From NCBI GenBank assembly GCA_965208155.1, contig OZ242322.1, positions 2,175,204 to 2,239,203 on the forward strand: a stretch of DNA of 64,000 nucleotides, given 5' to 3'. Source of the DNA: Thermodesulfobacteriota bacterium (lineage in GTDB: Bacteria > Desulfobacterota_D > UBA1144 > Nemesobacterales > Nemesobacteraceae). The translations under genes were made by a program, and so were the position numbers. The notes under the pieces are model-generated. The model did not search any database. It worked only from the letters and a program-made list of their open reading frames with translations, and was not told the DNA's origin. This document shows positions 1-10,073 of this stretch, piece after piece (position 1 is the first letter of the stretch; each line of letters begins with the position of its first letter).

Positions 1-391
1 ATGAAGAAAAGGGAAAACTTGGCCGTGGGACCCGTCCGGCTTCAGAAAGCCGTCTCGCACGTGAAAAAATCATGGTTGCCTTGCGGGATTAGTCTTCTCA
101 AAGTACCGCGTAAAGAGTCGTTCCGAAGCCGGTTTTATGCCGTTCTGCCAGACGGTTCTTTCAGTTCCGACTCCTTGACTTCCATTTGTAGTCACGATAT
201 AGCTAGTGCCTGTCAGAAAAGGCTTTTTTTCGTCGATTTTCCGACAGAATTCCAGATGGCACCAGGGGCCCGGCTCCTTCCAAAACCCAAATGCACTACA
301 AAATCACTAAATTATCCATTTTCTCCGATTTCCGGACAAACCCCTCCCTCGCTACCTCCCAAACAACTCATCCTTTCTGCTCCAAGGCTGC

Positions 392-1933
392 TTAAGCAGC
401 TGCCAGGAAACCAGGCTTGAGCCTTCTTTTCTCTTTTTCCCTCTCCCTGTTCCTCACCAACACCCCAAGACGATAAATGTTCGCCGCCAAAACAGATAAA
501 GCCACACTCCTCGCAAACCCCTCTTTCCCGTGAACTCTTACTTTCTCACACCCCTTGTGATTCAATCCGTTTATCGCCGACTCCACAGCGGGATGCTGCC
601 TCCTGGCTTCTGTAAACTCCTCACTGCCCTGCCTCTGTCTGTCCTTCTCTCCAAGCTTCCCCTTCTTCGGCAGATAGTTCCCTTCCAGTATTTCATCAAG
701 ACTCTTCCTGTTGTTCGGACTGTGGAATCCCTGATCAAAACTGCACGCCTCAAACTCAGGATACAGCTCTGTGGTTTCTTCTATAATAGGCACACACACA
801 TCCACATCGGATTCTTTCCACATCACCCTGTGATTGAGAATGAACTGATGCTGATCCTCCACTATGCACACCGGCACTCCAAATTCTACCGGTACTCCCG
901 CCTTACCCTTCGCTATCCAGCGCGTATGGGGTTCAAACACAGAGAATACTTTCTCTTCCTGCGGTATCACTTCTCCCAGAATCAAACGCCTGCGTACCTG
1001 ATCAATCTGACGGATTGCGTGCGCTTTATAGTAGTTTATCCCCTTAAGCCTCCAAACAGGCGCTCCTGCAACCACCAGTTCGCATAAAAGCTTGTCCGCA
1101 CGTCTTACCATATCCTCGCATGCGCTGAGATACTCTTGCAGACTGCCCGGATTACGGCCTCTTGTTTTCTTCGTTCTTACCCGGTTGTAAAGCTTCTGTA
1201 TCTTCTCACTCAGATGCCTGTGCTGACGCCAGCCGGGAAGCTTGTTTGCACAAGCCGCCTCCCCGCACACCCGAACAAGACATCTTGTCGCGTCCCAGCT
1301 CAAGCCCACATCAGTAGGATATTCCACATCGGTTTTAACGGGAAACGAATCACATCGACCTCGCAATTGTTCTCCAGGGTTTTTTTTTGATACAGCGTGT
1401 CCGCTCTGTATCACTATGAGGCTTATCTCCTTGAGCAACTCTGGACTCAGCAGCGACACGTTGTCTATTATGGTCTGAAGTTCGTACTTGTACTCGTCTC
1501 CATAACCACTGTGACCCAGCATCTGACGAAGCAGCATATCATTGTTAGCAAGGTGATGAAGGCGATCATAATCACAGCCAAGTCCCTGCTTCAATACCCC
1601 AAGCACCACAACTCTCCATACATCCATTCCGGGACGACCTGTGAGGAGGTCTATTTCAGGAAGAAACTTCTCCTCAAGCAGGGAAAACAGCCGCTGCCTT
1701 GTCTCGGGATTCGTGTATATGTGCTGCAGTCCTATCAGTATTGCGGGAATATCATCCCGGGATTTCAGATTGAAGCGTATGTCCTCAATTGCCGTTCCCG
1801 CGAGTTCGAGTTGAATATCTTTTATCTTTCTCATGGTGAGTTCTCCGAAGATTCTTTGAAATGGCCCAATATGTTGATAACTTGGGTATAATTCTACCAC
1901 ATATGGACAATCTTCACCAGGGAAAATCGACAA
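392..1933 (-). CDS. DDE transposase, tentatively ISNCY (IS1202-like) family
   Basis: 513-aa ORF. The C-terminal block (HPAVESAINGLNHKGCEKVRVHGKEGFARSVALSVLAANIYRLG) has the shape of DDE-transposase C-termini. Bracketed by imperfect inverted repeats GTTT(C/T)CTGGCAG near 398-415 and 1962-1978. Confidence 0.5.
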   Translation of the reverse strand: MSIFPGEDCPYVVELYPSYQHIGPFQRIFGELTMRKIKDIQLELAGTAIEDIRFNLKSRDDIPAILIGLQHIYTNPETRQRLFSLLEEKFLPEIDLLTGRPGMDVWRVVVLGVLKQGLGCDYDRLHHLANNDMLLRQMLGHSGYGDEYKYELQTIIDNVSLLSPELLKEISLIVIQSGHAVSKKNPGEQLRGRCDSFPVKTDVEYPTDVGLSWDATRCLVRVCGEAACANKLPGWRQHRHLSEKIQKLYNRVRTKKTRGRNPGSLQEYLSACEDMVRRADKLLCELVVAGAPVWRLKGINYYKAHAIRQIDQVRRRLILGEVIPQEEKVFSVFEPHTRWIAKGKAGVPVEFGVPVCIVEDQHQFILNHRVMWKESDVDVCVPIIEETTELYPEFEACSFDQGFHSPNNRKSLDEILEGNYLPKKGKLGEKDRQRQGSEEFTEARRQHPAVESAINGLNHKGCEKVRVHGKEGFARSVALSVLAANIYRLGVLVRNREREKEKRRLKPGFLAAA

Positions 1934-1978
1934 TATTTTATTTTATTTCAGTGAGTTAGCAGTTTTCTGGCAGACACT
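398..1978. mobile_element. Putative complete IS element (transposase plus terminal inverted repeats)
   Basis: By-eye match of ~11/12 nt between ctgccaggaaac (left) and the reverse complement of gttttctggcag (right), flanking the single transposase ORF. Confidence 0.3.
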
Positions 1979-2034
1979 AGCTACACTTGCGAATGTGAAG
2001 TTCTAAACGGTGCAGAGAATCAGGAGGCTGTTTC

Positions 2035-2289
2035 ATGGAATTTGCTTTGCGTCAGGCAAAAGCGCGTCTTTCCGAGCTGGTGTCCGCTGCCGAGAAAGGA
2101 GAACGCGTCGTCATAACCAAATACGGGAAACCCGTGGTTGAACTCGTGCGTCTGCGCGGGCGCGGAGGGATCGACCTTGAGAAGCTTGCAGAGGATTGCA
2201 AACGGGCTGGAATCCGGGAAAGCAAGGAAGGGTGGCCGAAGGAGTTTGACGATCCTGCGTTCAGCCGGAAAATCCTTGGGCTCGGGTAG
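2035..2289 (+). CDS. Phd/YefM-type antitoxin (type II TA), apparently orphan
   Basis: 84 aa. N-terminal MEFALRQAKARLSELVSAAEKGERVVITKYGKPVVELV is the canonical Phd/YefM fold signature. No intact toxin ORF follows. Confidence 0.7.
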   Translation: MEFALRQAKARLSELVSAAEKGERVVITKYGKPVVELVRLRGRGGIDLEKLAEDCKRAGIRESKEGWPKEFDDPAFSRKILGLG

Positions 2290-2325
2290 GAAATCCTGAA
2301 TCGTCCTATGCGTATCTTGATCAGT

Positions 2326-2943
2326 TTATAGACCAGTTTCGCCTGGTGTCTCGCTACGGATTTTCTCCGCTTTCTCGGGCTCTCCAGTCTTTTCGTACAC
2401 AAGACTCAACTGTCTTCTTGCTTGGACATAGTAGGGACTTTCACTTCCGTCCACTTCTGAGAGGTGCTCTATGCTCTTGTTCCATTTCTCAAGCTTAAAG
2501 GCGGACAGCCCGATCACAAGATTTGTGCCATCGCGGAAAATACCGTCTTCGGGGTCCTCGTCAAGAAAAAGTTCAAGATGTTTTATCGCTTCTTCGAAGT
2601 TCTCAAGCTGGTAATTGATCATTCCCATCTGGTAAAGAGCCAGAACCGACACCTCGGTTCCGGGATGTTCTTCATGCAGTGTCTGGAACTGTGAAAGAGA
2701 ATTTTCCATTTCTCCGCTGTCGTAGCTCTCAAGAGCCTTGCTGAGCTGCTCGTTTGCCAGGAGGTCTTTTTCTTCCTGTTGGGAGGAAGCAAAGCAGACT
2801 GCTAGCAGGGCCACTACTATGACGCCTATCCCGATAAGTATCTTGTTGAAGTGTTCCGAGAGACCTTCGAGTGATTCCACCAGGAACTCCCTGAATCTGT
2901 CGGGGCGCTTAAGTTCTTTGGTCGTGTATTTTATCTTGGACAT
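2326..2943 (-). CDS. Membrane-anchored TPR-like protein (YfgM/UPF0070-like architecture)
   Basis: Start chosen at the internal MSKIKY. A short cytoplasmic N-terminus, one TM (ILIGIGVIVVALLAVCFASS), then helical repeat-rich periplasmic part. Confidence 0.45.
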   Translation of the reverse strand: MSKIKYTTKELKRPDRFREFLVESLEGLSEHFNKILIGIGVIVVALLAVCFASSQQEEKDLLANEQLSKALESYDSGEMENSLSQFQTLHEEHPGTEVSVLALYQMGMINYQLENFEEAIKHLELFLDEDPEDGIFRDGTNLVIGLSAFKLEKWNKSIEHLSEVDGSESPYYVQARRQLSLVYEKTGEPEKAEKIRSETPGETGL

Positions 2944-3149
2944 GAATTGTAAATTCCTGCCTGATAGAAAAAGCGGCAAGTCTCTAAATTTCGTGTTATT
3001 ACTGCCGGATTTATCTGCTGTGTTAGAATATTCCTTGAGTGAACATGATACGTTGTTTCTTCAGACAATGTCAAAGGTTTTCGGGGAATTATCGGGGGAA
3101 CCTGTTAAGGCCTGATTCCCCGGCCCGAAAGTCCGGACGAAAAAGGGTA

Positions 3150-4526
3150 ATGCCGCAAGCGGGCGGGAGTCCGCTTCTGCGCCTTTCGATTTTTTTCCTG
3201 CTTCTCTCAGCGATTCTGGGTTACCATGTATCCGCCGCCGAGCAGGAACTTTCTCCACGTACAGTGGAAATAGTCGAGATCGAGATAAACGGTTCCATAA
3301 ACCCCTCGACTGTTGACTACATTAAAACCGGTCTTTTAGAAGCGCGCGCCCGGAATGCAACGGCTCTGCTTATCCTCCTCGATACTCCCGGAGGGCTTCT
3401 TAATTCCACTAAGGACATAGTGAAGGTACTTCTTAATTCTGAGGTTCCGGTGATAGTTTACGTCTACCCGAGAGGAGCGACTGCCACTTCCGCGGGAGTT
3501 TTCATCACGCTATCTGCCCACGTGGCGGCCATGTCTCCTGGAACAAGCATAGGCGCGGCTCATCCCGTGATGCTGGGGGGTGGACAGAGGGGACCGGGCA
3601 AGTCTGAAGAAAAAAAAGACGATAAGTCTTCTGACGTGATGAACGAGAAGATTGAGAATTTCGCGTCTTCTTTTATCGAAAGCATAGCCAAGGAAAGGGG
3701 AAGAAACACGAAGTGGGCAGTCGATTCGGTTAGAAAAAGCGTTTCGGTGACCGCGGATGAGGCGCTTAAAAAAAATGTGATTGACATTATATCTCCCGAT
3801 ATTCCCTCACTTCTCTCCGAAATAGACGGCAAGGAAGTGAAAACGGGCGAAAAAACCGTCCGTCTTGAGACAGCCGGAGCAAAGACGCAGCGCCTTGAGA
3901 TGAGCCTGCGGCAGAAGGTAGTCAATATTCTAAGCACCCCTGACATAGCGTTTCTGCTTCTCTCCTTAGGTTCGCTCGGAATATTCCTTGAGTTCTACAA
4001 CCCGGGAATGATTTTCCCCGGAGTAGCCGGACTTATTGCTCTTCTCGTCGGGTTTGTCTCTCTTCAGATACTTCCTTTTAATTATGCCGGCCTCATACTG
4101 CTTTTCGTCGCCATGGCGCTTTTGATATCGGAGGTGTACGTGACGAGTTACGGCCTTTTGAGCCTAGCTGCGCTTGGGTGCCTTGTGTTCGGGGGGCTTC
4201 TGCTTTTCGATACGCCGGAATCTGATCTCGGCGTGAGCGGGGGAACCATAGCGGCAGTGGCCGTGAGCATTGGATTGCTTTCGGTTTTTATTGTATATTT
4301 AGGCGTAAAATCGTTCAAAGTTCCCGTTCAGGGCGGTTTCGAGGGGATGGTGGGTCAGAAGGGGGAAGTTGTTTCCTGGTCCCAAAAGAGCGGAAAGGTC
4401 TACATCGGGGGAGAATACTGGGAAGCGACGGGAGAGCGCGAGTTTTCACCCGGGGAAAAAATAAAGGTAATAGAGAGCACAGGAGATCTCGTCGTCAGGG
4501 TTTCAGACTATGACGACAAACAGTGA
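3150..4526 (+). CDS. NfeD-family membrane-bound ClpP-class serine protease (stomatin operon partner)
   Basis: Signal/TM N-terminus, ClpP/S49-like domain (LLDTPGG...GATATSAGVFI..SPGTSIGAAHPV), multi-TM middle and C-terminal beta-domain. Immediately followed by an SPFH gene. Confidence 0.75.
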   Translation: MPQAGGSPLLRLSIFFLLLSAILGYHVSAAEQELSPRTVEIVEIEINGSINPSTVDYIKTGLLEARARNATALLILLDTPGGLLNSTKDIVKVLLNSEVPVIVYVYPRGATATSAGVFITLSAHVAAMSPGTSIGAAHPVMLGGGQRGPGKSEEKKDDKSSDVMNEKIENFASSFIESIAKERGRNTKWAVDSVRKSVSVTADEALKKNVIDIISPDIPSLLSEIDGKEVKTGEKTVRLETAGAKTQRLEMSLRQKVVNILSTPDIAFLLLSLGSLGIFLEFYNPGMIFPGVAGLIALLVGFVSLQILPFNYAGLILLFVAMALLISEVYVTSYGLLSLAALGCLVFGGLLLFDTPESDLGVSGGTIAAVAVSIGLLSVFIVYLGVKSFKVPVQGGFEGMVGQKGEVVSWSQKSGKVYIGGEYWEATGEREFSPGEKIKVIESTGDLVVRVSDYDDKQ

Positions 4527-4532
4527 CGCACA

Positions 4533-5294
4533 ATGTCGATAACCGCGATTGTAGTTCTTGTAATTGCTTTTCTCATCATCATATCGGGACTTAAGATCCT
4601 CTATGAATATGAAAGGGGTGTGATATTCCGTCTCGGAAGAATAGTCGGAGTGAGGGGTCCCGGATTCATTGTCGTTATCCCGTTTCTTGAAAAAATGGTG
4701 AGAGTAAGTCTGCGGCTCGTAACCATGGACGTGCCTCCCCAGGACGTGATCACCAAGGATAACGTTTCGGTCAAGGTAAACGCGGTTGTCTATTTCAGGG
4801 TGGTTGAGCCGAACAGGGCGATTCTCCAGGTTGAAAACTATCTCTACGCCACTTCCCAGCTTGCCCAGACAACCCTGAGGAGCATCCTCGGGCAGGTGGA
4901 GCTTGATGAACTTCTGGCGGAGAGGGATAAACTCAACGTCAAGCTCCAGGAGGTTCTCGACAAGCAGACCGACTCTTGGGGAATCAAGGTTACCATGGTC
5001 GAGGTTAAGTACGTCGATCTTCCGCAGGAAATGCAGAGAGCGATGGCCAAGCAGGCGGAAGCCGAGAGGGAGAGGAGGGCGAAGGTAATAAGCGCGGAAG
5101 GAGAGTTCCAGGCATCGGCCAAGATTGCTGAAGCCTCTGAAATACTGTCTGCAAACCCGGTCTCTCTCCAGCTCAGGTTCCTTCAGACAATGCACGATAT
5201 GGCGTCTTCCGAAAGAGCTTCCACAATTATTCTGCCTCTTCCGATTGACATGTTGTCGGCTTTTGCAAAAAAAGACGAAAAAACGGATTCGTAA
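4533..5294 (+). CDS. SPFH/band-7 stomatin-like protein
   Basis: N-terminal TM then a prohibitin/stomatin core ([29 protein letters not shown]...[26 protein letters not shown]). Classic nfeD-stomatin pair. Confidence 0.85.
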   Translation: MSITAIVVLVIAFLIIISGLKILYEYERGVIFRLGRIVGVRGPGFIVVIPFLEKMVRVSLRLVTMDVPPQDVITKDNVSVKVNAVVYFRVVEPNRAILQVENYLYATSQLAQTTLRSILGQVELDELLAERDKLNVKLQEVLDKQTDSWGIKVTMVEVKYVDLPQEMQRAMAKQAEAERERRAKVISAEGEFQASAKIAEASEILSANPVSLQLRFLQTMHDMASSERASTIILPLPIDMLSAFAKKDEKTDS

Positions 5295-5329
5295 GCTTTC
5301 TGCCGGACCGAAGCTCTTTGTAAAACTTC

Positions 5330-6988
5330 ATGGGAAAATTTCTGCGTCTCTTTGCACTCGCGCTGCTGGTCGCGTCCGCGGGGTTCTTCTCTGCGGGATG
5401 CTCCCGAAGCACGGACTGTCAGGATAAAAACGATAACGCCTCGCTTGTCGGCAACGCGGACCCGAAGTCCTTTTCCGCCGGGGGTTCGCTTATAAGGGAA
5501 CTCGGCGAGGAGCCCGCAACCCTTAATCCCGTTATAGCGACGGATGTCTACGAAGGTATCGTTAACGGCGGAATCTACGAGACGCTTGTAAGAAGAAACA
5601 ACGAGACCCTTGAGTTCGAGCCCCTTCTTGCAAGTTCCTGGAAAGTTTCAGGGGACGGGCTTTCCTATACTTTTCACCTTAGAAAAGACGTGAAATGGCA
5701 TGATGGAACCCCGTTTACCGCGGATGACGTGGTTTTTTCCTATGAATCCATAAGAAACCCCAAAGTCGCCGCCGCCCACCTCCAAAGCTACTACCAGGAC
5801 GTAAAGTCCTACAGAAAAATTGATTCCCACACCGTGATATGCGAGTACGGAAAACCCTACTTCCGCGCTTTTGAGTTCTGCGGCGGAATTCCAATAGTGC
5901 CGAAGCACGTGTTCGCAAAAGGGGACTTCAACACGAACCCCGCCGGAAGAAGCCCCGTCGGAACGGGACCCTATCTGTTTGAGCACTGGGAGACCGGAAG
6001 GGAGATAAGGGTCAGGAGAAATCCCGACTACTGGGGCGAGCCCGCGTTGCTTAGCGAAGTGGTCTACAAGGTAGTGCTTGATCCCACCGTGAAGCTTCAG
6101 CTCCTGAAAAAGCAGGAGCTTGACTACGGAGGTCTTCTTCCGCTTCAGTGGTCAAAGCAGAGCTGCGGGGGGCCGTTTCGGAAAAAGTTCTACAGGGCAT
6201 CCTATACAACCCCGGGTTACAACTACATAGGCTGGAATTCGAGGAAGCCTTTTTTCAGCGATAAAAGGGTAAGGCGGGCGATGACCCATTTTGTCGACAG
6301 GGAGACCATACTGAGAGAAATTCTCCTGGGCCTGGGAGAGATAGTGACCACGACTTTTTTTGTGAACAGTCCCGAATACCCGAAGGATATAAAGCCGTAC
6401 GCCTATGACCCGAAGAGGGCGAGGTTGCTTCTTGAGGAGGCGGGATGGCGTGACAGCGACGGTGACGGGATAATGGACAAAGACGGCATCCCGTTCCGTT
6501 TCGAGTTTCTGCTGCCCACGGGTTCTGAAACCGGTGAGAAGATAGCCACCATACTGAAAGAGGAGCTTTCCCGCTCCGGAATAGAGATGAGCATAAGAAA
6601 GATAGAGTGGGCGGTTTTCATCCAGAGCATAACCGAGCGGAAATTCGATGCCGTGACCTTGGGGTGGAGCCTGGGAGTGGAAAGCGACCCCTACCAGCTC
6701 TGGCATTCCTCCCAGGCCGAAGAGGGCTCGAATTTCGTGGGATTTAAAAATCCCCGAGCGGATGTCCTGATTGAGAAGGCAAGAGAGGAGTTCTCAAGGC
6801 CCAAGCGGATTAAAAAATACGAGGAGTTCTCAAGAATTCTTCACGAAGAGCAGCCGTACACGTTTCTGTTCGCGAGGAAATCCACGGTGGTCGTGCACAG
6901 AAGATTCCACAACGTAAGGCTTTATCCGCTGGGATTTGATACCAGGGAGTGGTTTGTTCCGAAGAATTTGCGTAAATACTCAAACTGA
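5330..6988 (+). CDS. ABC transporter substrate-binding lipoprotein, peptide/nickel family 5 (DppA/OppA-like)
   Basis: Lipoprotein signal (LLVASAGFFSAGC). 552 aa with the family-5 SBP layout. Permease and ATPase genes of the same transporter type lie 6 kb downstream. Confidence 0.8.
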   Translation: MGKFLRLFALALLVASAGFFSAGCSRSTDCQDKNDNASLVGNADPKSFSAGGSLIRELGEEPATLNPVIATDVYEGIVNGGIYETLVRRNNETLEFEPLLASSWKVSGDGLSYTFHLRKDVKWHDGTPFTADDVVFSYESIRNPKVAAAHLQSYYQDVKSYRKIDSHTVICEYGKPYFRAFEFCGGIPIVPKHVFAKGDFNTNPAGRSPVGTGPYLFEHWETGREIRVRRNPDYWGEPALLSEVVYKVVLDPTVKLQLLKKQELDYGGLLPLQWSKQSCGGPFRKKFYRASYTTPGYNYIGWNSRKPFFSDKRVRRAMTHFVDRETILREILLGLGEIVTTTFFVNSPEYPKDIKPYAYDPKRARLLLEEAGWRDSDGDGIMDKDGIPFRFEFLLPTGSETGEKIATILKEELSRSGIEMSIRKIEWAVFIQSITERKFDAVTLGWSLGVESDPYQLWHSSQAEEGSNFVGFKNPRADVLIEKAREEFSRPKRIKKYEEFSRILHEEQPYTFLFARKSTVVVHRRFHNVRLYPLGFDTREWFVPKNLRKYSN

Positions 6989-7158
6989 TTGTTACGCTCA
7001 GGAATTATTGCCTTAAGAACCTATCTCTGCCCGAGAAGGCAATCTAGTTTTTATCAAGATTCTTCTGCCCCGTAACGATTTTATTCCAATGGAGGTTTTA
7101 TGTCTTCCGTGAATTATTTGATCCATCTTGTTTTATTAGAATGCTATAATATCTGTAT

Positions 7159-7187
7159 TTGACAAAACATTTTTTATAACATTTAAT
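7159..7187 (+). promoter_or_regulatory. Candidate sigma70-type promoter upstream of hipA
   Basis: TTGACA (7159-7164), 17-nt spacer, TTTAAT (7182-7187), 34 nt before the hipA ATG in an AT-rich leader. Confidence 0.3.
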
Positions 7188-7220
7188 GCTATTAATAAAA
7201 CAACCAAGTGGATTGAATCA

Positions 7221-8432
7221 ATGGCGACTAATCTCTGGGGTAACGTATATTACAAGGATACTTTCGCCGGCATTCTCTCGCAGGAGGCCGGAGGCAGATG
7301 CGTATTTACCTACGACGAAAGTTATCTGCAAAGCTCTTTGCCCGCTATTTCCTACACGCTGCCGCTTTGGGCCAAGCCTCATTTAAGCGAATATGGATTG
7401 CACCCTTTCTTTGAAAATCTATGTGCGGAGGGCTGGCTTAAGGATGCGCAGGCACGCGCCCTCGGCCTGCGAAGGGACGACCGTTTCTCACTGCTGCTTG
7501 CCTTCGGCACAGACCTTGCCGGTGCCGTAAGCGTCATTGATCCAGACCCTGCCGGGGAGATTAAAATCGACCACGACGACCCGGAAAACATTGCGGCGCT
7601 TTCAGCAAGGGCGTCTCTTTCCGGGGTTCAGCCGAAACTAGGCGCAATAAAGGAAGGCCGTGTGTTCCGCCCCGTAGGGCGCGGTGAGCGGGCAACCTAT
7701 ATAGCCAAGCTCCCGTCCCCCATACTGCCCGATATTCTCGGGCTTGAGTACATCACTACGCAGGCGTGCGCGGCCCTTCTTAAGGAAGACACCGTTGCGG
7801 AGATGGCTTTGGCAGCGCTTCAGGGCGTTTCTGAGAGGTCTCTGTTCGTCAAACGCTTTGACAGGACTGAAGACGGCAAGCAAATTCACTTCGAGGAATT
7901 TAACCAGCTGCTCGGTAACCGCTCGGAGGACAAATACGAGGCCTGCTACGAGCACATGGCCAATTTTATCATCCAAAACGGCGACATATGCCTGCGGGCT
8001 GAGTGCGATACCCTGTTTCGCCGGGTGATGGCCTGTATTCTCACGGGAAATACAGATGCACATCTTAAAAACTTCGCTATGGAGCACACAGAAAGCGGAT
8101 TGCGCCTCGCCCCCTGCTATGATCTTGTTGCTGCCGCCTGCTACCCGAAATACCAGACACTGGCACTGGGGATTGCGGGAGCCGAGAACATGCGAATTGG
8201 CAGGATCGGTCCGAAGAACATAGTCCGGCTGGGCAAGCTGTTCGGCCTGCCCGACAAAGCAGTTATGCTGGCGGTTTCTGATTTCGCCAGCCGTCTCGAT
8301 AAAGCCCACAGCGCTGTTGATGCCTCGAAGAATGTCGGCCAGGACATTAAAGACAAACTGCATCGGCAAATGGAGAAAAGATGGAACGGAACATTCGACT
8401 TAATTGGAACTTACTTGTCAAAGAGGCAATAA
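7221..8432 (+). CDS. hipA: HipA-family serine/threonine kinase toxin
   Basis: HipA N-terminal coupling motifs (FFENLCAEGW..., SGVQPKLGA) and the kinase catalytic loop (NTDAHLKNFAM) align with E. coli HipA. Confidence 0.8.
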   Translation: MATNLWGNVYYKDTFAGILSQEAGGRCVFTYDESYLQSSLPAISYTLPLWAKPHLSEYGLHPFFENLCAEGWLKDAQARALGLRRDDRFSLLLAFGTDLAGAVSVIDPDPAGEIKIDHDDPENIAALSARASLSGVQPKLGAIKEGRVFRPVGRGERATYIAKLPSPILPDILGLEYITTQACAALLKEDTVAEMALAALQGVSERSLFVKRFDRTEDGKQIHFEEFNQLLGNRSEDKYEACYEHMANFIIQNGDICLRAECDTLFRRVMACILTGNTDAHLKNFAMEHTESGLRLAPCYDLVAAACYPKYQTLALGIAGAENMRIGRIGPKNIVRLGKLFGLPDKAVMLAVSDFASRLDKAHSAVDASKNVGQDIKDKLHRQMEKRWNGTFDLIGTYLSKRQ

Positions 8433-8587
8433 AGCGGCGCAAGGAACGAAAAATCTCTCAACGTCGCTTAGCCATTATAGCTGAGGTGAGTCAACCGACG
8501 GTCTCCCGTTTTGAGCAGCAAAAAGAAGACATTCAGTTGTCAAGTGCTTTTAAAATTTTTGATGTTCTGGGATTGATAGATAAGTAA
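8381..8587 (+). CDS. XRE-family HTH protein (HipB-like), overlapping the hipA 3' end
   Basis: 68 aa with a classic HTH (ISQRRLAIIAEVSQPTVSRFE). Starts 52 nt inside hipA in another frame. Confidence 0.5.
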   Translation: MERNIRLNWNLLVKEAIKRRKERKISQRRLAIIAEVSQPTVSRFEQQKEDIQLSSAFKIFDVLGLIDK

Positions 8588-8639
8588 TGCCGGGGGACTT
8601 GAATCTGCAAAGAACTTCAGAAGGTAACGCCGGGGCGGC

Positions 8640-10073
8640 TCAGGAAAAGACAACCTGAATATCCGTGTATTCCACCAGGCCTTCCTCCGCGAATTCAACG
8701 CCGAAGCCCGAGCGTTTTACCCCGCCGAACGGGGCGTTGGGCTGGATCATGCCGTGCTTGTTTATCCAGACCGAGCCGCATTCCATCCGGTTCGCGATTT
8801 CCCTCGCCTTTTCTATGTCCCGGCTCCAGACCGACCCCCCGAGACCGTTCGGGTTGTCGTTTGCCTTCTCGATTGCTTCCTCGATCTGGTGATAGCGGAT
8901 AATCGGCAGAACGGGGCCGAACTGCTCCTCGTCGACCAGGGGGTCTCCGTTTTCAAGGCCGGCTATGATTGTGAGCGGATAAAAATATCCCTTCCCGCCC
9001 ATTTCCCCCCGTATCTCTCCGGGATCTCCGCCCAGGAGCACGCGTCCCTTGGACTCCGCGCTTCGCACCAAGTCAGCCACGATATCGTATTGTTTGCTGT
9101 TCTGGATCGGACCCAAAACGACATCCTCATCCGTACCCTCGCCAACTTTCATCTTTCGGGCGAACGCGACCAGTTCATCGCAGACCTCATCGTACACGTC
9201 ATCATGAACGTAAAGCCTTTTTAGCGCCGCGCAGGTCTGGCCGCTGTTGATGAACGCGCCCCAGAAAAGCCCCTCGGCGATCTGCTTCGGGTCGATGTCC
9301 GGAAGAACGATTCCGGCGTCGTTTCCGCCGAGTTCAAGAGTCAGTCGTTTCATGGTTTCCGCCGCATTTGCCATGATCTTCTGGCCGGTAGCGCAGGAGC
9401 CGGTGAAAACGATCTTGCCGATTCCTTCATGCGCCGTCATTGCGGCGCCCAGCCTGTCTTTGCCGGCGATGCAGTTGACCACGCCTTCCGGCAACACCTC
9501 GTTCATGAGTTCGACAAGGCGCAGAGTTGACAGGGGCGTGAAGGGAGACGGTTTGCACACTACCGTGTTGCCCGAGAGAACAGCGGGAACGATATGCCAG
9601 ATTGCGATCAGGACCGGGAAGTTCCAGGGAGTAATGGAGCCCACAACACCGATCGGCTTGCGGTGAAGCTCGACTTTGCCCTCATCGTTGTCCTGGAGGA
9701 CCTTCACCGGCAGGGAAAGGCCGGCTGTATAGCGGGTCCAGGCTACCGCGCCGCCGATTTCCCACCGTGAGCCGAGACCATTTAAAGGCTTGCCCTGCTC
9801 AGCGGTCAGGATGTGGGCGAGTTCCTCTGTGTTTTCCTCGATTTTCGATGCAATTTCAAGACATGCTGCCTGTCGTCGGGATTCGGGCACTTCGCGCCAC
9901 TTTTCAAACGCCATCCGGGCGGCTCGCACGGCATCATCCAGATCTTTCTTTCTTGCCAGCGATGCAAGTCCGGCCACTTTTTCGTTAGCGGGATTCAGCA
10001 CTTCAAAGCATCGTCCGGTAGGGACCTTCTTGCCGTTGATGACAAGGTGAAATGGTTTCCTTGTTAAGCTCAT
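8640..10073 (-). CDS. NAD(P)-dependent aldehyde dehydrogenase
   Basis: 477 aa. ALDH family hallmarks (ELGGNDA, catalytic Cys context GQTCAA, Rossmann GxxxxG). Confidence 0.85.
   Translation of the reverse strand: MSLTRKPFHLVINGKKVPTGRCFEVLNPANEKVAGLASLARKKDLDDAVRAARMAFEKWREVPESRRQAACLEIASKIEENTEELAHILTAEQGKPLNGLGSRWEIGGAVAWTRYTAGLSLPVKVLQDNDEGKVELHRKPIGVVGSITPWNFPVLIAIWHIVPAVLSGNTVVCKPSPFTPLSTLRLVELMNEVLPEGVVNCIAGKDRLGAAMTAHEGIGKIVFTGSCATGQKIMANAAETMKRLTLELGGNDAGIVLPDIDPKQIAEGLFWGAFINSGQTCAALKRLYVHDDVYDEVCDELVAFARKMKVGEGTDEDVVLGPIQNSKQYDIVADLVRSAESKGRVLLGGDPGEIRGEMGGKGYFYPLTIIAGLENGDPLVDEEQFGPVLPIIRYHQIEEAIEKANDNPNGLGGSVWSRDIEKAREIANRMECGSVWINKHGMIQPNAPFGGVKRSGFGVEFAEEGLVEYTDIQVVFS

Noticed and set aside
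1-420. 139-aa plus-strand ORF at the window start
   Set aside because: Low-complexity Pro/Ser-rich translation with no recognisable domain. It overlaps the transposase end and IR region and is more likely non-coding or IS-flank.
530-1891. Several 60-185-aa ORFs antisense to the transposase gene
   Set aside because: They are embedded in the opposite strand of a well-supported 513-aa transposase ORF and have no domain signatures.
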